Source: Schizochytrium sp. TIO01 | Lineage: Eukaryota; Protista; Bigyra: Labyrinthulomycetes | Direction: 5' to 3' | Assembly: GCA_004764695.1 (NCBI GenBank) | Contig: SMSO01000007.1 | Span: 682,001 to 746,000 of the forward strand | Length of the DNA stretch: 64,000 nucleotides | Shown here: positions 60,915 through 64,000 of the stretch, one piece after another | Layout: each line of letters opens with the position of its first letter | Position numbering within the stretch: position 1 is the stretch's first letter | Translations under genes and position numbers: made by a program | Notes under the pieces: generated by a model | Told to the model about the DNA's origin: nothing | What the model saw: the letters and a program-made list of their open reading frames with translations, nothing else | Database searches by the model: none

Positions 60915-62552
60915 TCAATGGATCCAGTCTCCTCCCTCGATGGCGTCACGACCGCCTACACTATCAATGACGAGATCGAGGGCCTCAAGCAATTCTTTTG
61001 AGTCCATGCGAGGCAAAACGTCATCCCAGGACTTCTTGCCGGTTTTGTCGATCTCACTACCATCGCTGCTGGGCGCCGGAGCCACCTCTGCATCCATCGC
61101 AGGTGGTAACATTTCAGAGAAAAGAGAGTCGAAGCGCTGCATCTTTGGCGGAGGGCCGGGAGTGGCCGCGGAGCGGTTGATTCCCGCTGCCCTCAACTGG
61201 TCAAAACGACGACGCGCGCCTTCATCCACAGGAGTAATCTGCTGGAAACCAAAAACTAAAAAGTCAAAGAAACCACTTCCAGACATGGAGCCGTACTCAA
61301 AGAGAACTCCGGTGTACGAGTTGCCTTCCTTATCTTTGAGACGGGTAGGCTTATCGTCTTGTACAGTCCAATTGATCTGAGGTGGGCTGCCGACGGGCTC
61401 ACCAGCCACGAGGAAACTCTTAACAATCTCTGCAGTGAAGTTATCGCATACCGACTGATCTTCGACAAAATCTCTCCACAAGCGAAAGTGGGGGCTACGC
61501 GAGAGACGTCCAACCATATCCCCGGCTGATTCGAAATAGAATTCATATGTCTCATTAGCAACAATGCCTCGATCACCTGCATCTAGACGGATAATAAAAT
61601 AGGCTTGTGACGGGTCGTCTACCAAGAAAGTTGAGTGCACATAATCCTCCACAAGCTTCTTCTGTTTTGGCGAGAGTGGTGTGCGTTTATGGTTAAGCTG
61701 TTCCACATCAATCTCTATACCAGTAGCTACAGCGAGTGTCGCCGATGTGTGCAGCAAGCCCATGGACTTTTCAGTAATGGCAAGTAGATACAAAAGGTTG
61801 ACGATCCAGCGGATTGACGTGGGAGGCTTGTTGAGGCCAAGTTTACGATAAGCCCGGACAATGCTCGCCGTGGCCGCATAATGTTGGCCAAGGTGTGGAA
61901 GGTCATCAAAGATGGACACTGAACGGTACGCATCGAGGTCCAGCCCCGACATATAATCTGGCGAGGCTGGCGTCGATCCACCTCCTTGATTAGTAGTATC
62001 ATTTCCATTAAGCGTAGCTCCCGCTGCTCCAGACATGCCATATGGCTGCAGCTGTTGAGGTTGCGACTGATCGTGGTACATTTGGGGGAGAATCTGTTGC
62101 TGTAATTGAGGTTGCGACTGATTCTGCTGTTGTTGATTTTGCTGCTGCTGCTGCAGATTAATTTGCTGAGGTTGTTGTTGCTGGTGTTGTTGTGAAATCT
62201 GAGGCTGAGGCTGCATAGGTTGTGGCCGAGGCTGCATGGGTTGCGGCTGCGGGTAATGTGAAGGAGCCTGTTGGGGCATAGGCTGAGGCCGTGCAGAGGC
62301 ATCCTGGCCATTGTTGCTGTGATTCTGGTTGATGGGGTGGAAGTGGCTGCTGCCGGGCAAGAAAGTGCCCTTGGGCTTGGCTACCTTGGCCGCCTTGCCT
62401 CTGACGACAACGCGCGGGATGCACTCACGCTTCTGCCTCGCGCATCTTATACACGTGTCGCTATCGGGGCGTGGGTACTCGCATTTGACGCGCGACACGT
62501 AGCACCCCTGGCAGGCATTCCGCTTCACCTTGGTCGAAGGGCGTTCACTCAT
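60915..62552 (-). CDS. Zn(II)2Cys6 binuclear-cluster transcription factor with Gln/Pro-rich region
   Basis: ACQGCYVSRVKCEYPRPDSDTCIRCARQKREC fits Cx2Cx6Cx9Cx2Cx6C; polyQ tract; first ATG 62552. Confidence 0.9.
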   Translation of the reverse strand: MSERPSTKVKRNACQGCYVSRVKCEYPRPDSDTCIRCARQKRECIPRVVVRGKAAKVAKPKGTFLPGSSHFHPINQNHSNNGQDASARPQPMPQQAPSHYPQPQPMQPRPQPMQPQPQISQQHQQQQPQQINLQQQQQNQQQQNQSQPQLQQQILPQMYHDQSQPQQLQPYGMSGAAGATLNGNDTTNQGGGSTPASPDYMSGLDLDAYRSVSIFDDLPHLGQHYAATASIVRAYRKLGLNKPPTSIRWIVNLLYLLAITEKSMGLLHTSATLAVATGIEIDVEQLNHKRTPLSPKQKKLVEDYVHSTFLVDDPSQAYFIIRLDAGDRGIVANETYEFYFESAGDMVGRLSRSPHFRLWRDFVEDQSVCDNFTAEIVKSFLVAGEPVGSPPQINWTVQDDKPTRLKDKEGNSYTGVLFEYGSMSGSGFFDFLVFGFQQITPVDEGARRRFDQLRAAGINRSAATPGPPPKMQRFDSLFSEMLPPAMDAEVAPAPSSDGSEIDKTGKKSWDDVLPRMDSKELLEALDLVIDSVGGRDAIEGGDWIH

Positions 62553-64000
62553 GCTGCTTGCGCGCTTCCTCTTGTCGTATTTGGTTTCTGCCGTAAAAAG
62601 AAAGGTATTACTCCTCTTTCCGCTTCTTTCTTCTTTCTCTTTCTTCCCCTTTTGACTGAGTTTTTCTTTGTTTTTCTTTGTTTTTCTTTGTTTTTGTTTT
62701 TGTTTTTTCAGCAAAAGATAATAAAACTTCGCTCACTCTTTCGCTCAGCAAGTCAATCGCTACTTTCACTCGGATGCTCTGGTTGAGTCAATGACTCAAT
62801 GAAGAGGTAAGCAGGAACTTTGAAGGCGACCTAGCTCGAGTCTCGTTACTGATGAGTGACTAACTATTCAGAATGAATAGACTTATCTGTCAAGGAACGA
62901 ACAAAAAGCCAACCAGCCTCACCTGGGCGCTGAGCAAATGAACTGGAAGAGCAGACAGGTATATCCTGATTTTCGCCAAATGCTATCTTCTGCAGCTGCT
63001 GCTGCTGCTAGAACCTCTGCTAGTTTCCAAGAACTTCGGTAGGTATAGTTAAACTAGCTATCTGCAGCACTTACACAGAGTATCTCTCGCTCACGAAATG
63101 TTGTCGCAGGCAGCGTCGAGGTTAATTTGGGAGGCTGCTCGTCAACTAGGAGCCCCGTGGCAAAACTGCTTCTGCTGTTTTAGGTACCCTTTTCGAGACG
63201 AGCGTCGACGCCAACGCAAAGATGGAAATGGGAATCCCGGTGGAAATAAAATTGCTTGAACCCGCGCAAACCCGCGCACGAATGAGAACAAAAGGTCAAT
63301 CGAATCGCGTGTCCTGCGCTTGTCCTCTTTCCACTTCCGCTTTAGGTGGTTGTTTGATTGCTTGTTTCTTTGTTTCTTTGTTACTTGGAAACTGCTTGCT
63401 TGCTGCTTGCTTGCTGCTTTGCTTTCGTTACCAAGCAAACTATTCTCGTTCCCCTCGCACTCACGACCTCAACAATCCTTCGCTCAAAATCTCAGTAGCT
63501 CAACCAGCCTGTAAGCAAATGGATCCTCTAGGTGCTCTTGCGCTCGCTCTCTAAGGTGGAGACGGTGCTTTCCTCAACTTATTGTCGATGACCGAGTAGT
63601 GCGTACCTACTGCTGTTCAAGAGTAAGATTAAAGTGAAGGCGACAGCGACGCCACACTCGCGTTGAGTCTCCTGCTGCTTTGCTGTTGTGTTCGTGAAGA
63701 GTAGCAACTCTTGCCACCACGCAAGAGCCCAAAAGCCAACGAGCACAAGCACAGAATGGCTCCAGACTTCTTCTCAAGTCCTACTTGTCCTAGGTAGAGA
63801 GAGAGTCTTTTGAATGTCCCGTGTCGATGCTGCTCTTGCCTGCTCTTGCCTGGCTGGACTTCCTCGCGCTGCTCTTCTAACCGGTTGCCTTGGTGCTGTG
63901 CCCCGTCCTTTGTGGCTTTGTGTCTCTGCCGATTGCCGTTGGTGTCTGCCGATGCTGTCTAGTGCCGCGTGCGCCTCAGGGAACGCGAGAATGATCGATT

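Noticed and set aside
62553-62714. Lys-rich N-terminal extension of the Zn2Cys6 ORF
   Set aside because: Derived from A-rich low-complexity sequence with a TTG start; probably intron or UTR.

Overview
This is eukaryotic nuclear DNA: GT-AG introns can be reconstructed, microsatellites are present, and AT-rich spacers separate GC-rich exons. The gene set (nuclear Cox1 C-terminal fragment, fungal-type Zn2Cys6 factor, plant-type LRR protein with TxAPT repeats) suggests a stramenopile protist, most likely a thraustochytrid; this is an inference. About 20 host genes are present, including RACK1, RPL35, a cytosolic GluRS, a SANBR-like BTB protein and tandem CRAL-TRIO genes. The main result is an IS607-family transposon on the minus strand (~38148-40293). 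It encodes a MerR-HTH/serine-recombinase TnpA and a Fanzor2/TnpB-type RNA-guided nuclease with the rearranged RuvC site, followed by a structured, conserved right end that is a candidate omegaRNA. This copy is inactivated by two homopolymer frameshifts, two TGA stops and loss of the TnpA ATG. A second, diverged and internally deleted copy at ~20109-21052 keeps both ends and helps define the element boundary and the omegaRNA scaffold. The first ~7 kb is gene-poor and holds degenerate duplicated and probably retroelement-derived relics. All alignments and folds were done by eye.
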